64,000 nucleotides of DNA from Alphaproteobacteria bacterium. GTDB taxonomy: Bacteria > Pseudomonadota > Alphaproteobacteria > SP197. Shown piece after piece: positions 32,388-43,109 of this stretch. The position numbers and the translations under genes were made by a program. Numbering within the stretch: the first letter of the stretch is position 1; each line of letters begins with the position of its first letter. The notes under the pieces are model-generated. The model ran no database searches. It saw only the letters and a program-made list of their open reading frames with translations, and was not told the origin of the DNA. The stretch covers positions 2,112,001 to 2,176,000 of the forward strand of contig OZ245842.1 in assembly GCA_965228895.1 (NCBI GenBank), written 5' to 3'.

Positions 32388-33083
32388 ATGATCGCCGCCG
32401 CGCCAGCCACAAGACGCTGCGCACGCTTGGGGCCACTTTGCGGCGCCGTCGTCGTGGCGGCGATGGCGTTGGTTGCGGGAACGCCGGCGCAGGCCGGGCA
32501 GACCGTATTGAGCGATCTCACGCGGACGGAAACCGTATATTTCTGGCCCGATCTCTACCGAAACGGCGGCGAGACGCTTTACTGCCGGCAGCCGTTTTCG
32601 GTCCGGCTTGGGCTGACCATGGCCCATGTCTACGCGCCCGAATGGGTCGCCTTTCAACTGGACTGTGACGACGTCGACCAGTGCCGCGGGGCGGTGCCTG
32701 CCTTCGCTTACATTGAATCGGATCTGCACAATCTCTACCCCGCGCGTCTGGGCACGGACGACGCGCGCGGCGAACTGCCGTTCGGCTATGTGCCCGGCGA
32801 CCGCCGCGATTTCGGGCAAGACTGCATCTTCAAGGTCGATCCGGCACGTGGCCTGGCGCAGCCGCCGGTACCGGCACGCGGCGATATTGCCCGCGCCGTT
32901 CTCTATATGATGTGGGAGTACGGCCTTACGCTGCCGCGTTTGATGACGCGCGATCTCTTGCGCCAGTGGCACCGGGAGGATCCCGTCGATGCCGGGGAAC
33001 GAGAGCGCAACGACTCGATCGCGGCGATCCAGGGCAACCGCAACCCGTTCATCGATACGCCGGAACTGGTCGACAGGTTCTGA
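32388..33083 (+). CDS. Endonuclease I (EndA/Vvn-like) family protein, predicted exported
   Basis: TLYC, SDLHNLYPA, RGDIARAVLYM, QWHREDPVD, QGNRNPFID; hydrophobic signal-like N-terminus. Confidence 0.85.
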   Translation: MIAAAPATRRCARLGPLCGAVVVAAMALVAGTPAQAGQTVLSDLTRTETVYFWPDLYRNGGETLYCRQPFSVRLGLTMAHVYAPEWVAFQLDCDDVDQCRGAVPAFAYIESDLHNLYPARLGTDDARGELPFGYVPGDRRDFGQDCIFKVDPARGLAQPPVPARGDIARAVLYMMWEYGLTLPRLMTRDLLRQWHREDPVDAGERERNDSIAAIQGNRNPFIDTPELVDRF

Positions 33084-33228
33084 TCTGGCGGCATGGTTTT
33101 GCCGCTGTCTGCGCAACCTGGGGGCTGTCATCTTCTCTTGCTCCCGCACCTGACCTTCGGCTAGTGGTGGCTGGCTCACCGGTGCGCGAGATAGCGGGAG
33201 TTTTTCAGGGCTGGGCGGCGGGTTTGGT

Positions 33229-33987
33229 TTGATCGACGTCACGGACATATCGAAGTCCTTCGGCGGCATGCGTGCGGTTGAAGACTGCAGCCTGCGCATC
33301 GAGACCGGCAAAATCACCGGCGTCATCGGTCCGAACGGCGCCGGTAAGACGACGCTGTTCAATATGATCGCCGGCACCATGAAGCCGGATGCCGGGCAGA
33401 TCGTCATGGACGGCAAGGACGTGACCGGCTGGCCGTCCCACCGGCTCTATGGCGAGGGACTTGTCCGGACCTATCAGATCCCACGCGAGTTTTCGCAGAT
33501 GACGGTGGTCGAGAACTTGATGGTGGCCGCGCCCGATCAACCGGGCGATCAGCTTTGGCGAACCCTGTTTCAGCGCCGGCGTGTCGCCGATTTCGACAAT
33601 GGGATCCGCGAGCGCGCGGAGGAGGTTCTGGCGTTCCTGCAGATCCAGAAGCTGCGCAACGAACTCGCCGGCCATTTGTCGGGCGGTCAGAAGAAGCTGA
33701 TCGAAATCGGCCGCACGATGATGACCGAGGCCAAGGTGGCGCTGTTGGATGAGCCCGGCGCCGGGGTCAACCGAACGCTGTTGGTCAAGATCTGCGACAC
33801 TATCCTGCGTCTCAACAAGGAGCGCGGCTACACCATCTGCATCATCGAACACGACATGGATGTGATCTCGCGCCTGTCTGACACGGTCATCGTTATGGCG
33901 GAAGGCAAGGTGCTGACCCAGGGTTCCATGGCCGAGATACGCGCCAACAAGGCTGTCATCGAGGCTTATCTGGGTGGCGCATCGTGA
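33229..33987 (+). CDS. LIV-type ABC transporter ATPase (LivG-like)
   Basis: [22 protein letters not shown]. Confidence 0.92.
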   Translation: MIDVTDISKSFGGMRAVEDCSLRIETGKITGVIGPNGAGKTTLFNMIAGTMKPDAGQIVMDGKDVTGWPSHRLYGEGLVRTYQIPREFSQMTVVENLMVAAPDQPGDQLWRTLFQRRRVADFDNGIRERAEEVLAFLQIQKLRNELAGHLSGGQKKLIEIGRTMMTEAKVALLDEPGAGVNRTLLVKICDTILRLNKERGYTICIIEHDMDVISRLSDTVIVMAEGKVLTQGSMAEIRANKAVIEAYLGGAS

Positions 33988-34694
33988 GTCTGTTGGTGGT
34001 CGATCATGTGACCGGTGGGTACGGCGACTCAACCATCCTTCAGGACCTCTCCGTTCGGGTCGACGAGAACGAGATCGTCGTTCTGATCGGGCCCAATGGT
34101 GCAGGCAAGTCCACGGTCATGAAGGCGATATTCGGCCTTGCCAATGTGCGCGAGGGAACCATCACGTTCGCCGAGCATGACATCACCCGGCTGCGAACCG
34201 ACCGCATCGTGCGCCGCGGCATCGGCTACGTACCTCAGGAATACAATGTCTTCCCCACTATGAGCGTGCACGAAAACCTGGAGATGGGCGCGTTTACCCG
34301 AAGCGACGATATCGAGCCCTTGATCGCGCGCATGTTCGAGTTGTTCCCGGACCTGAAAGACAAACGCCGCGATCCCGCCGGCTCGCTTTCCGGCGGACAA
34401 CGGCAGATGGTCGCGTTCGCCCGCGCGCTCATGCTGGAGCCGCAACTGATCATGCTCGACGAACCAACAGCCGGTCTGTCGCCGCTCTACATGGAGCAGA
34501 TCTTCAACAAGGTCATCGATATCAACAAACTCGGCACGACCGTCCTGATGGTCGAGCAGAACGCCAAACAGGCACTTGCCATTGCCGACAGGGGTTATGT
34601 CCTGGTCCAGGGACACGCACGTTATGAGAACACAGGCGCGAACCTCCTGGCCGATCCCGAAGTCGGTGAACTGTTCCTGGGCGGCGGGGCCTGA
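33984..34694 (+). CDS. LIV-type ABC transporter ATPase (LivF-like)
   Basis: GPNGAGKST, LSGGQRQM, LDEPTAGL, VEQNA. Confidence 0.92.
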   Translation: MSLLVVDHVTGGYGDSTILQDLSVRVDENEIVVLIGPNGAGKSTVMKAIFGLANVREGTITFAEHDITRLRTDRIVRRGIGYVPQEYNVFPTMSVHENLEMGAFTRSDDIEPLIARMFELFPDLKDKRRDPAGSLSGGQRQMVAFARALMLEPQLIMLDEPTAGLSPLYMEQIFNKVIDINKLGTTVLMVEQNAKQALAIADRGYVLVQGHARYENTGANLLADPEVGELFLGGGA

Positions 34695-34703
34695 GGACCG
34701 GCC

Positions 34704-35573
34704 ATGGAGATCGTTGAGATCATTCGTCTGCTGATCCACGGTCTGGTGCTGGGCAGCATCCTGACCCTGGGCGCGGTTGGCCTGTCGCTGCAATACGGCA
34801 TCCTGCGTTTCGCCAATTTTGCCCATGGCGACGTGATAACGCTGGGCGCCTATTTCGGTCTGTTCGCGATTACCGCTTCGGGCGTCCAGGCCTGGGCGGC
34901 GCTGCCGTTCGCCATGCTGATGACGTTCCTGGTCGCACTCGCGATTGATCAGACGCTCTACAAACGATTGCGCAGCACGCAGCCGATTATCCTGCTGATC
35001 GCCTCGGTCGGCATCGCCTTCATGATGCGCAGCGCCATCAGTTTGATCTGGGGGCCGGACAATCACGTCTATCAGGCCGGTGTCCAGGTTCCCATCAGAG
35101 TCGGAGATGTTCCCATCAAACCGGTTTGGATCATGATCGTCGGCGGCGCGGCGATCCTGGTCCTGGCACTGCATCTCTTCCTGAAGCACACCAAGGTCGG
35201 CAAGGCGATGCGCGCGATGAGCGACAACCGTGATCTCGCGCAGGCCAGCGGCATCGCGGTCGAACGGGTTATCATCTGGACCTGGGCGATCAGCGCTGCG
35301 CTGGCCGCGGCAGCCGGCGTCATGCTGGGCATGGATACGCAGCTCAACCCGGTTATGGGTTGGAAGCTGCTGTTGCCGATCTTTGCCGCGGCGATCCTGG
35401 GCGGTATCGGCAAACCTTATGGCGCGATTGCCGGTGGTCTGACGATCGGCGTCGTCCAGGAGATGTCAACGCTTGCGATTGCGCCGGCCTATAAACCTGC
35501 GATCGCCTTTGGCCTGATGGTCATCATCTTGATTTGGCGCCCGACCGGTCTGTTTTCGGGGAGGTCGACCTGA
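34704..35573 (+). CDS. LIV-type ABC permease (LivH-like)
   Basis: NFAHGD, GKAMRAMSDN, FAAAILGGIG. Confidence 0.92.
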   Translation: MEIVEIIRLLIHGLVLGSILTLGAVGLSLQYGILRFANFAHGDVITLGAYFGLFAITASGVQAWAALPFAMLMTFLVALAIDQTLYKRLRSTQPIILLIASVGIAFMMRSAISLIWGPDNHVYQAGVQVPIRVGDVPIKPVWIMIVGGAAILVLALHLFLKHTKVGKAMRAMSDNRDLAQASGIAVERVIIWTWAISAALAAAAGVMLGMDTQLNPVMGWKLLLPIFAAAILGGIGKPYGAIAGGLTIGVVQEMSTLAIAPAYKPAIAFGLMVIILIWRPTGLFSGRST

Positions 35574-36532
35574 TGGAACTCGTCGGCATCTTGAACTACC
35601 TGGTGTTCTTCCTGGTGTTTGCCGGGATCTACGCCATCGTTGCGCTCGGTCTCAATATGCAATGGGGCCTGACCGGACTGTTCAACATCGGCATTGCCGC
35701 TTTCTTTGCGATCGGCGCCTACACGACCGGCATCTTGACCTCGCCACCATCGCCCAACCATGTCGGCGGTTTCGGCTTGCCGTTTCCCGTTGGGTTGCTC
35801 GCCGCCATGGTGACGTCGGCCGTGCTGGCGCTCTTGATCGGTCTCGTGACGTTGCGGCTAAGGGCCGACTATCTGGCGATCTCGACGATCGGGCTTGCCG
35901 AACTGGTTCGGCTGGTCCTGAAGAACGAGGACTGGCTGACCAACGGTGTTCGTGGCATGCCGGGCATACCACGCCCCCTCGGCCACGTGCTGGGCGCTGA
36001 CTTCAATTACTTCTACCTGGCCCTCGTCATCGTCATCCTGCTGGTCCTCTACGGGCTCTGCGAAATCTTGCGCAAGGCGCCGTGGGGCAGGGTGCTGAGG
36101 GCGCTGCGCGAAGACGAACAGGCAGCGTCGTCAACCGGCAAGAACATAGTTTCGTTTCGCCTGCAGTCGTTCGTTGTGGGTTCGTCGATCATGGGCTTGG
36201 CCGGCGCGCTTTATGCTCACTTCTTCGGTTTCATCTCGCCGGAATCGTTCGAACCGATGCAGACGACTTTCCTGATCTGGGTGATGTTGATCGCCGGCGG
36301 CAGCGGCAACAACAGGGGCGCCATCCTCGGTGCGTTCGTCATCTGGGGTGTGTTCTCGGCGACCGATTTCGCAACCAGGCTCCTGCCGCCGGACATGATT
36401 ACCCAGGCCGGCCATATTCGTATTCTGCTTGTTGGCTTGTTGCTTTGCGTCATCCTGGTGATCCGGCCCCAGGGGATCTTAAGCGAAGAGGGCATGTTGC
36501 GCCGCGAAGCGCGTCGCCGCGACAAGATCTAG
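35573..36532 (+). CDS. LIV-type ABC permease (LivM-like)
   Basis: LRLRADYLAI, WGRVLRALRED, GGSGNNRGA; ATG 35573. Confidence 0.92.
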   Translation: MELVGILNYLVFFLVFAGIYAIVALGLNMQWGLTGLFNIGIAAFFAIGAYTTGILTSPPSPNHVGGFGLPFPVGLLAAMVTSAVLALLIGLVTLRLRADYLAISTIGLAELVRLVLKNEDWLTNGVRGMPGIPRPLGHVLGADFNYFYLALVIVILLVLYGLCEILRKAPWGRVLRALREDEQAASSTGKNIVSFRLQSFVVGSSIMGLAGALYAHFFGFISPESFEPMQTTFLIWVMLIAGGSGNNRGAILGAFVIWGVFSATDFATRLLPPDMITQAGHIRILLVGLLLCVILVIRPQGILSEEGMLRREARRRDKI

Positions 36533-36590
36533 GCGTCCTCCGGCGTTGACGCTCGGTTTCCAAGGGAACATCAGAAAGGCTGACGGCATC

Positions 36591-36986
36591 ATGCTGACGG
36601 GTACATGCCATTGTGGCGAACTCACCTGGCGTTTCGATCACAAGCCCCAGACAGCAACGGGTTGCAGTTGTACGATCTGCCGCCGCTACGGCGCGCTGTG
36701 GGGGTATGGCTGGGAAGACCAGAGCGTAACGACGTCCGGCCCCAGTAAGGCGTACACCTGGGGAGACAAAACCATCGGATTTCATTTCTGCCCGACCTGC
36801 GGCTGCCTTGGTTTCTACCGGGCGTTGGCACCCGATGATGAAGGCCGGCGTAGAATCGCGGTTAACCTGCGCATGATCGACGATCCCGGCCTTGTCGCGG
36901 ATATCCCCGTCAATCACTTCGACGGACTCGACACGTGGAAGCGCCAGCCGCGCGACGAGCGGTGCGTCGCCGATATGTGGTTCTGA
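36591..36986 (+). CDS. GFA (CENP-V/Mss4-like) zinc protein
   Basis: GTCHCG, CSCTICRR, FCPTCG. Confidence 0.88.
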   Translation: MLTGTCHCGELTWRFDHKPQTATGCSCTICRRYGALWGYGWEDQSVTTSGPSKAYTWGDKTIGFHFCPTCGCLGFYRALAPDDEGRRRIAVNLRMIDDPGLVADIPVNHFDGLDTWKRQPRDERCVADMWF

Positions 36987-37061
36987 CAACCTGTTTGCAG
37001 CAAACAAAGAAAAAGGTGCCGCGGCAAAAACCGCGACCCGTTGTGCAGCGATCATTGTCAA

Positions 37062-38261
37062 TCAGGGTTCGATCATGCTGTGGGTCACGATCTCGCCGTC
37101 CTCGATACCCCAGAACGCGAAAGTGCCGCTGACGTCGCCGTTGTCGTCGAAGTTCTGGGAACCGGCGGCGCCGACATAGTTGATGTCCTCACCGGCGGCG
37201 ATCAGTTCCTTCGCCTTGGCGAACTCACCCGGCAGGATTTCGGCGCCCGGCGGGTTGGCGACCGAACGCAGGGCGTCGCGGATCGCCGTCGGGTCATCGG
37301 AGCCGGCCTTTTCGATCGCCAGCGCGGCCAGCATCGCCGCGTCATAGGCTGAGTCGATGAACGGTTTGGGTGGCAGTTCACCGAAGCGGGCTTCATACAA
37401 CTCGACAAACTTGACCGCGCCGTCACTGTCGGCGACAGCCTGTGGCGTCGTGCCGATGGAACCGTTCAGCGGTTCGCCGATCGCATCGATGATCTCCGGC
37501 GCCTTCATGCCGTCGGTGAAGATGAACGTGTCGAAGTAACCTTCTTCAAGTCCCTGCCGCAGGATCGTGATGCCGTTTTCGGGATATCCGATCAGGATCA
37601 ACGCTTCAGCGTCGTTGGCGGCTGCCTCGCGCAGTTCACCGCGATAGGACGCCTGGCCGGGTTCATAGGCAAGCGACACGACATCGCCGTCGAAATTGGC
37701 TTCGAACGTCTCGGCCAGACCTTTGCCGTAGTCGTTGTTGATATAGAGAACGCCGACGCTGTCATGGCCGGCTTCTTTTGTCACGTTGGCCAGTACGACA
37801 CCCTGCAGGGCATCGCTCGGCACCGAACGGAACAGGAAGTCGTTGTCGTCGAGTGTCGTGATCACCGGTGAGGTCGAGGCCGTCGAGATCTGCGGTATGC
37901 CGTTGACGGACGTGACGCTTGTGGCAATCGGGATCGTCACACCGGACGAGAGCGCGCCAACGACGACGGTTGCGCCGTCAACCGAGACCAGCTTCTGTGC
38001 GGCATCGACGCCGCCTTGCGGGTTGGTCTGCGTATCGCCGACAACCAGGTCGAGCGTGTTGCCGTTGACGCCGCCAGCTTCGTTGACCTGCTCGACCGCC
38101 ATGATGACGCCGTTGAGCGAGGTTTCGCCGTAGACCTGAAGGTCCCCGGTCATCGGCATCAGCGCGCCCAGGGTTTCGGCGGCGGCGTTGCCGCCGACCG
38201 CGAGGCCAGCGATCATCGCGCCCGAAAGAAGCGCCTGCTTCAGTTTCAGTCCATGTCTCAT
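37062..38261 (-). CDS. LIV-type ABC substrate-binding protein
   Basis: Signal peptide, PMTGDL, GALSSGVT, FRSVPSDALQ, NNDYGKG; RBS GGAGG before ATG 38261. Confidence 0.9.
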   Translation of the reverse strand: MRHGLKLKQALLSGAMIAGLAVGGNAAAETLGALMPMTGDLQVYGETSLNGVIMAVEQVNEAGGVNGNTLDLVVGDTQTNPQGGVDAAQKLVSVDGATVVVGALSSGVTIPIATSVTSVNGIPQISTASTSPVITTLDDNDFLFRSVPSDALQGVVLANVTKEAGHDSVGVLYINNDYGKGLAETFEANFDGDVVSLAYEPGQASYRGELREAAANDAEALILIGYPENGITILRQGLEEGYFDTFIFTDGMKAPEIIDAIGEPLNGSIGTTPQAVADSDGAVKFVELYEARFGELPPKPFIDSAYDAAMLAALAIEKAGSDDPTAIRDALRSVANPPGAEILPGEFAKAKELIAAGEDINYVGAAGSQNFDDNGDVSGTFAFWGIEDGEIVTHSMIEP

Positions 38262-38326
38262 GCTCGTTCCTCCACGAAGACTAGCCTTGCGTCCGACCTG
38301 CACGTGTCGGTTGATTGGGTCGGAGA

Positions 38327-38464
38327 CTAGAGCAGATCCTGTTTTGATGGAATCGCTTCGCGATGACATCAAGGCAGGTGAATCTGCTCTAGTCATAGAT
38401 GGAGAGCGGATTCACATGGTCAGGGGGAGCCGTTTAACGGTTCCCCCTAACCATGATCCGCTCT
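38327..38464. repeat. 138-bp two-hairpin intergenic repeat, copy 2
   Basis: CTAGAGCAGAT...TGA-ATCTGCTCTAG, spacer, AGAGCGGAT-TCA...ATCCGCTCT; ~90% identical to 7774-7911; three GANTC sites. Confidence 0.92.
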
Positions 38465-38511
38465 GGCGTGCCTCGGCTTTGTCTGTCATCAAGCCGATTG
38501 ACGGGATGCCG

Positions 38512-38547
38512 AAAGAAATCGGCCGCCGGGTTGCCCCGGCGGCCGAT
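38512..38547 (-). terminator. Intrinsic terminator after livK
   Basis: 13-bp perfect stem ATCGGCCGCCGGG/CCCGGCGGCCGAT with UUCUUU tail on the - strand. Confidence 0.8.
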
Positions 38548-38573
38548 CGGATCATGTTCAGATGAGCGGATAA

Positions 38574-39674
38574 TCAGTAGTAGTCGTAAACACCTTCTTT
38601 CCACTCGTACATCACATAGCCAGGCGCGGTGACGTCACCTTTTTCGTCAAAGCCGATTTCGCCCAGGACGGTATCGAAGGTGCCGGTGTTCAGCGCTTCG
38701 ATCACGGCGTCGAAATCGGTTGTGCCGGCTGCTTCGACGGCCTGCGCCCATGCCTGAATGGCGGCATAGGTGTAGAGCACGTAGCCTTCCGGCTCGACGC
38801 CCTTGGCGCGGAACGCCTCGACGATGTCGGCAGCGGCCGGGTTCTTGCGCGGGTCCGGGCTGAACGTCATCAACGTGCCTTCGCCGGCATCACCGGTGAT
38901 CGACCAGTATTCGTCGGTGACCAGCGCGTCGCCGGACATCAGAACGGTTTCCATCCCCTGTTCGCGCATCTGACGCACCATGAGACCGGCTTCGGTGTGA
39001 TAACCGCCGACATAGAGAACGTCGATGTCTTCGGCCTTCAACTTGGACACCAGCGCCGAATAGTCCTTCTCGCCAGCCGTGTAGGCTTCGTACATGGCTT
39101 CGGTCACGCCGGCGTTGTTAAGCGCCGCACGAGTCTCGTCGGCCAAGCCTTTACCGTAGGCTGTCTTGTCATGAACGATTGCGATGTTCATGTCGCCGAA
39201 GTTGTCGGCCATGAAACCACCGGCGACCAGGCCCTGCTGGTCGTCACGGCCGCAGACGCGATAGACGCCCGGACCGCCTTCGTCGGTCAGTGCCGGGTTG
39301 GTCGAAGCGGGCGAGATCTGAAGAATGCCTTCCTCGTCATAGACCTGCGACGCCGGGATCGACGAACCCGAACAGAAATGACCGGCGACGAACACGACGC
39401 CGTCATTGACGAACTGGTTGGCGATGGCGACGGCCTGCTTGGGATCGCACGCGTCGTCACCGACCGCGAGGCCGAGATCTTCGCCCAACACGCCGCCTGC
39501 GGCATTGATATCCGCGACAGCCTGTTCGGCGCCATTTTGCATCTGTTCGCCAAACGAGGCGTACTGACCGGTCATCGGACCGGCCGTTGCGATAAGGATA
39601 TCCGCATTCGCTGACATGGTTCCAAAGAACAGCGCCGTCGCGGCGGCAGATACCACCAATCCAAAACGTTTCAT
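38574..39674 (-). CDS. livK: Branched-chain amino acid ABC substrate-binding protein
   Basis: GPMTGQYA, DDACDPKQA, GHFCSGSS, CGRDDQQG, HDKTAYGKGLAD. Confidence 0.93.
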   Translation of the reverse strand: MKRFGLVVSAAATALFFGTMSANADILIATAGPMTGQYASFGEQMQNGAEQAVADINAAGGVLGEDLGLAVGDDACDPKQAVAIANQFVNDGVVFVAGHFCSGSSIPASQVYDEEGILQISPASTNPALTDEGGPGVYRVCGRDDQQGLVAGGFMADNFGDMNIAIVHDKTAYGKGLADETRAALNNAGVTEAMYEAYTAGEKDYSALVSKLKAEDIDVLYVGGYHTEAGLMVRQMREQGMETVLMSGDALVTDEYWSITGDAGEGTLMTFSPDPRKNPAAADIVEAFRAKGVEPEGYVLYTYAAIQAWAQAVEAAGTTDFDAVIEALNTGTFDTVLGEIGFDEKGDVTAPGYVMYEWKEGVYDYY

Positions 39675-39814
39675 CAACTTCCTCCCTGCTTGGATGACCC
39701 CGAGAGGTCAACAAAGAATACTTGCGCCCCCATACTTGTATGCAGACCAGACATGGTCGCTTACATGTCCGAAAGGTTAGGACTAACTATCGTTAACGGC
39801 AACGGAAAACAGGA

Positions 39815-40174
39815 TTACTCGGTTCGTCCGGAATCGGTTGTTTCGCGCCAACCGAAGAGCCCGTTGCGCTCATAGATCCAGGGGTACTGCTCGACCATGT
39901 TGCGCGCCTTGTTCATGCGGTAGGCAACGAGCGCGATCGCCGTCAAGATAACCGTGTCGATGATGTAGCCGGTGATCAGCCACAACTCGCCATCGGCCAG
40001 CGCGTAGACGGCGAAACGATCGGCACAACCCAATAGCAGGCTGTAACCGACAACCATCCAGGTCGGGCGCCAGCGGTTGGCCATGGCCTGGCCGGTCAGG
40101 AACGCCGCGCCGCCGCCCAGAACAAGCGTGACCACGACGAAGACGAGCCACGTCGTGCCGATCAGTTCGGTCAT
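39815..40174 (-). CDS. Small membrane protein typically between livF and livK (DUF6867-like)
   Basis: Hydrophobic 119 aa with TGQAMA..WRP and MVEQYPWIYER.G motifs; operon position. Confidence 0.8.
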   Translation of the reverse strand: MTELIGTTWLVFVVVTLVLGGGAAFLTGQAMANRWRPTWMVVGYSLLLGCADRFAVYALADGELWLITGYIIDTVILTAIALVAYRMNKARNMVEQYPWIYERNGLFGWRETTDSGRTE

Positions 40175-40911
40175 TGGCCGGCCTCCAGATAGGCGGCGCG
40201 TACTTCAGGTTTGGCCAAAAGTTCAGCGCCGGTTCCGGTCATGGTAATCGTGCCGTTGACCATCACATAACCGCGATGCGCCAGCTTGAGCGCGTGGAAT
40301 GCGTTCTGCTCGACCAACAGAATCGTCATGGCGTCGCGCTCGTTGATCTCACGAATGGCGTCGAAGATCTGACGCACCAGGATCGGCGCGATGCCTAGCG
40401 ACGGTTCGTCGAGCAACAGGACGCGCGGCCGGCTCATCAGCGCCCGGCCGATCGCCAGCATCTGCTGTTCGCCGCCCGACAAGGTGCCGCCGCGCTGGCC
40501 GAGCCGTTCCTTCAGACGCGGAAACAGGGTGAAGACCCGTTCGAGATCCTCGTCAAAGTGATGGGGGTCTGTCGTGATGGCGCCCATCTGCAGGTTTTCC
40601 ATCACGGTCATACGCGCAAAGATGCGCCGGCCTTCCGGCGACTGGGCGATGCCCATGCGAATGATCTCGAACGTCGGCGTGTGTGTGATTTGTTTGCCAT
40701 CGAAAACGATGTCGCCGACGGCAGCACGCGGATTGCCGCAGATGGTCATGAGCAGCGTCGATTTGCCGGCGCCGTTCGCGCCGATCAACGTGACGATCTC
40801 GCCGTTGCCGACGGTCATATCGACACCGCGTAGCGCCTGGATGTTGCCGTAGAACGTCTCGACGCCGGAGATCTCCAGCAAGGGCTGCATGGCTGCATCG
40901 GCCGCGCTCAT
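40171..40911 (-). CDS. livF: BCAA ABC ATPase
   Basis: GANGAGKST, PEGRRIF, LSGGEQQM. Confidence 0.94.
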   Translation of the reverse strand: MSAADAAMQPLLEISGVETFYGNIQALRGVDMTVGNGEIVTLIGANGAGKSTLLMTICGNPRAAVGDIVFDGKQITHTPTFEIIRMGIAQSPEGRRIFARMTVMENLQMGAITTDPHHFDEDLERVFTLFPRLKERLGQRGGTLSGGEQQMLAIGRALMSRPRVLLLDEPSLGIAPILVRQIFDAIREINERDAMTILLVEQNAFHALKLAHRGYVMVNGTITMTGTGAELLAKPEVRAAYLEAGQ

Positions 40912-41777
40912 GAATGCGCTCCGTCACCGTCCAGGCCCAGGTCGGCGGCAACCTCGGGCGGAATCTCTTCATCTTCTTCTTCGCCCAGATAGGCGCGGAT
41001 GACGGCGGGATCGTTGCGCACGTGTTCCGGTGTGCCGTCGGAGATCTTGCGGCCGTAGTCGAGCACGATGATGTGGTCGGAGATGCCCATGACCACACGC
41101 ATGTCGTGCTCGATCAGAAGAATGCCGATCTTGTGTTCGTTGCGAATGAACAGCAGCAAGTCGTTCAGGTCGGCTGTCTCGCGCGGGTTGAGACCTGCCG
41201 CCGGCTCGTCGAGGCACAGCAGCACCGGATCGGTGCACATGGCACGCGCGATCTCCAAACGACGCTGATCGCCATAGGGCAGGCCGCCGGCATTGATGTC
41301 GGCGCGATCGGTCAGGCCAACCTGATCGAGCCAATAGCGCGCCAGCTCGACGGCATGCTGTTCGGCATGACGGAACACGCCCAATCCCAGCAGCCCGGCG
41401 AGGGTATAGCCGGAGGCGCGCATCAGCTTGTTGTGCTGGGCGACCATCAGGTTTTCCAGCACCGACATGGCCGGGAACAATCGGATGTTCTGGAAGGTGC
41501 GGGCGACATGGGCATGCTGGGCGATACGGAAATCGTCCATCTGCTCCAGCAAATAGGTGCCGTGCTCAGCGTCGAGACGAAGCTGACCGACGGTCGGCGA
41601 ATAGAACCCGGTCATGCAGTTGAAGACCGTCGTCTTGCCGGCGCCGTTGGGTCCGATGATCGCCGTGATGCGTTCGTCATCGGCGACAAACGAAACGTCA
41701 TCGATGGCGACCAGGCCGCCGAACCGCATGGTCAGGTGGTCGACGGTCAGAAGCGCCTTTGTCGCCCCGACGTTCAC
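40908..41777 (-). CDS. livG: BCAA ABC ATPase
   Basis: [32 protein letters not shown]. Confidence 0.94.
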   Translation of the reverse strand: MNVGATKALLTVDHLTMRFGGLVAIDDVSFVADDERITAIIGPNGAGKTTVFNCMTGFYSPTVGQLRLDAEHGTYLLEQMDDFRIAQHAHVARTFQNIRLFPAMSVLENLMVAQHNKLMRASGYTLAGLLGLGVFRHAEQHAVELARYWLDQVGLTDRADINAGGLPYGDQRRLEIARAMCTDPVLLCLDEPAAGLNPRETADLNDLLLFIRNEHKIGILLIEHDMRVVMGISDHIIVLDYGRKISDGTPEHVRNDPAVIRAYLGEEEDEEIPPEVAADLGLDGDGAHS

Positions 41778-43105
41778 GGCGACGCCTCGTCACGTCTGCG
41801 CCGTCGCTTTCTTAGACGCACGGTCGGTTCGCGGTGCGCCAGCAATCCACGCGGACGCCATACCATGATGGCGACCATGGCCGCGCCGAAAGCGAGCATG
41901 CGGTATTCCTCGAGCTCCCTGAAGACCTCGGTGCCGCCGATCAGCAAGACGGCGGCGATGACGACGCCGATCTGGCTGCCCATGCCGCCGAGCACGACAA
42001 TCGCAAGGATCACCGCGGACTCGATAAAGGTGAAACTCTCGGGGCTGATGAAGCCTTGGCGCGTGGCGAAGAACGACCCCGCAAAACCGCCGAACATGGC
42101 GCCAATGGCAAACGCCGTGAGTTTCGTGTTGGTCGGATTGATGCCGAGCGAGCGACAAGCGATCTCGTCTTCGCGCAGCGCTTCCCACGCGCGCCCGATC
42201 GGTAATCTTCGGATACGCAAGGTGAAGGCGTTGGTGATGAGCGCGAGAACCAGGATCAGGTAGTAGAGAAAGATGATGCGGTGCATCGACGAATAGTCGA
42301 TGCCGAAAAACGTATGGAAGGAGTCTGTCCCTTCGGCCGGGCTTCGATCGAACGGCAAACCGAAAAAGCTGGGCCGTGGAATGCCTGAAATGCCGTCCGG
42401 GCCGTTGGTCACGGGATACCAGTTGAGCAGAATGATGCGGATGATTTCGCCGAAACCCAACGTCACGATCGCCAGATAGTCGCCTCTTAGTCTGAGGACT
42501 GGGAACCCGAGCAGGACGCCGAAGAAGGCCGCAAAGGCACCGGCTAGCGGCAGGCAAACCCAGAAAGACCAATCATACGTGGTCGCTATCAGGGCATAGG
42601 AATAGGCGCCGACCGCGTAAAAGGCGACATAGCCCAGGTCAAGCAGGCCGGCGAGCCCGACCACGATGTTCAGTCCCCAGCCCAGCATGATGTAGGTCAC
42701 GACCAAAGTCGCGATATCGACGTGATAGCGCCCGACATCGGGCATGAACGGCATGCCGATCGCAAGAATCAGAAACACCGCCATGACGTATTTGCCGTAG
42801 TCGGCGTTGAAGTGGGCGATGTGTTCGCCGAAGTCGACCTTTTCGCGTCGCTGCGGAGAGCGCACCTGCAGGTAGATGTTGAGCCCGAAGCGTCCGACCA
42901 TGACGGCGCCGACGGCGAAGGCGACCCAACCCCATCGTGTGTCGAGGCCCAGGCCGCCCGACTGATCGACGGTGCGCAGGCCGACCATCACCACGGTCAG
43001 GCCAAGGGCTACGAGACCGGCGAGGCCGGCCTCTTTGGCGGCACGAACATAATCAACGTCGGGCCGTTGCGAACCGGCGCTGGGTGTGCTTTCGGTGACG
43101 GCCAT
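41774..43105 (-). CDS. livM: BCAA ABC permease
   Basis: [38 protein letters not shown]. Confidence 0.94.
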   Translation of the reverse strand: MAVTESTPSAGSQRPDVDYVRAAKEAGLAGLVALGLTVVMVGLRTVDQSGGLGLDTRWGWVAFAVGAVMVGRFGLNIYLQVRSPQRREKVDFGEHIAHFNADYGKYVMAVFLILAIGMPFMPDVGRYHVDIATLVVTYIMLGWGLNIVVGLAGLLDLGYVAFYAVGAYSYALIATTYDWSFWVCLPLAGAFAAFFGVLLGFPVLRLRGDYLAIVTLGFGEIIRIILLNWYPVTNGPDGISGIPRPSFFGLPFDRSPAEGTDSFHTFFGIDYSSMHRIIFLYYLILVLALITNAFTLRIRRLPIGRAWEALREDEIACRSLGINPTNTKLTAFAIGAMFGGFAGSFFATRQGFISPESFTFIESAVILAIVVLGGMGSQIGVVIAAVLLIGGTEVFRELEEYRMLAFGAAMVAIMVWRPRGLLAHREPTVRLRKRRRRRDEASP

Positions 43106-43109
43106 TGCC

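Noticed and set aside
32316-33416. Apparent 859-aa decarboxylase fusion
   Set aside because: The N-terminal 367 aa are antisense to the endonuclease and ABC ATPase genes; a good RBS and ATG lie at 32315
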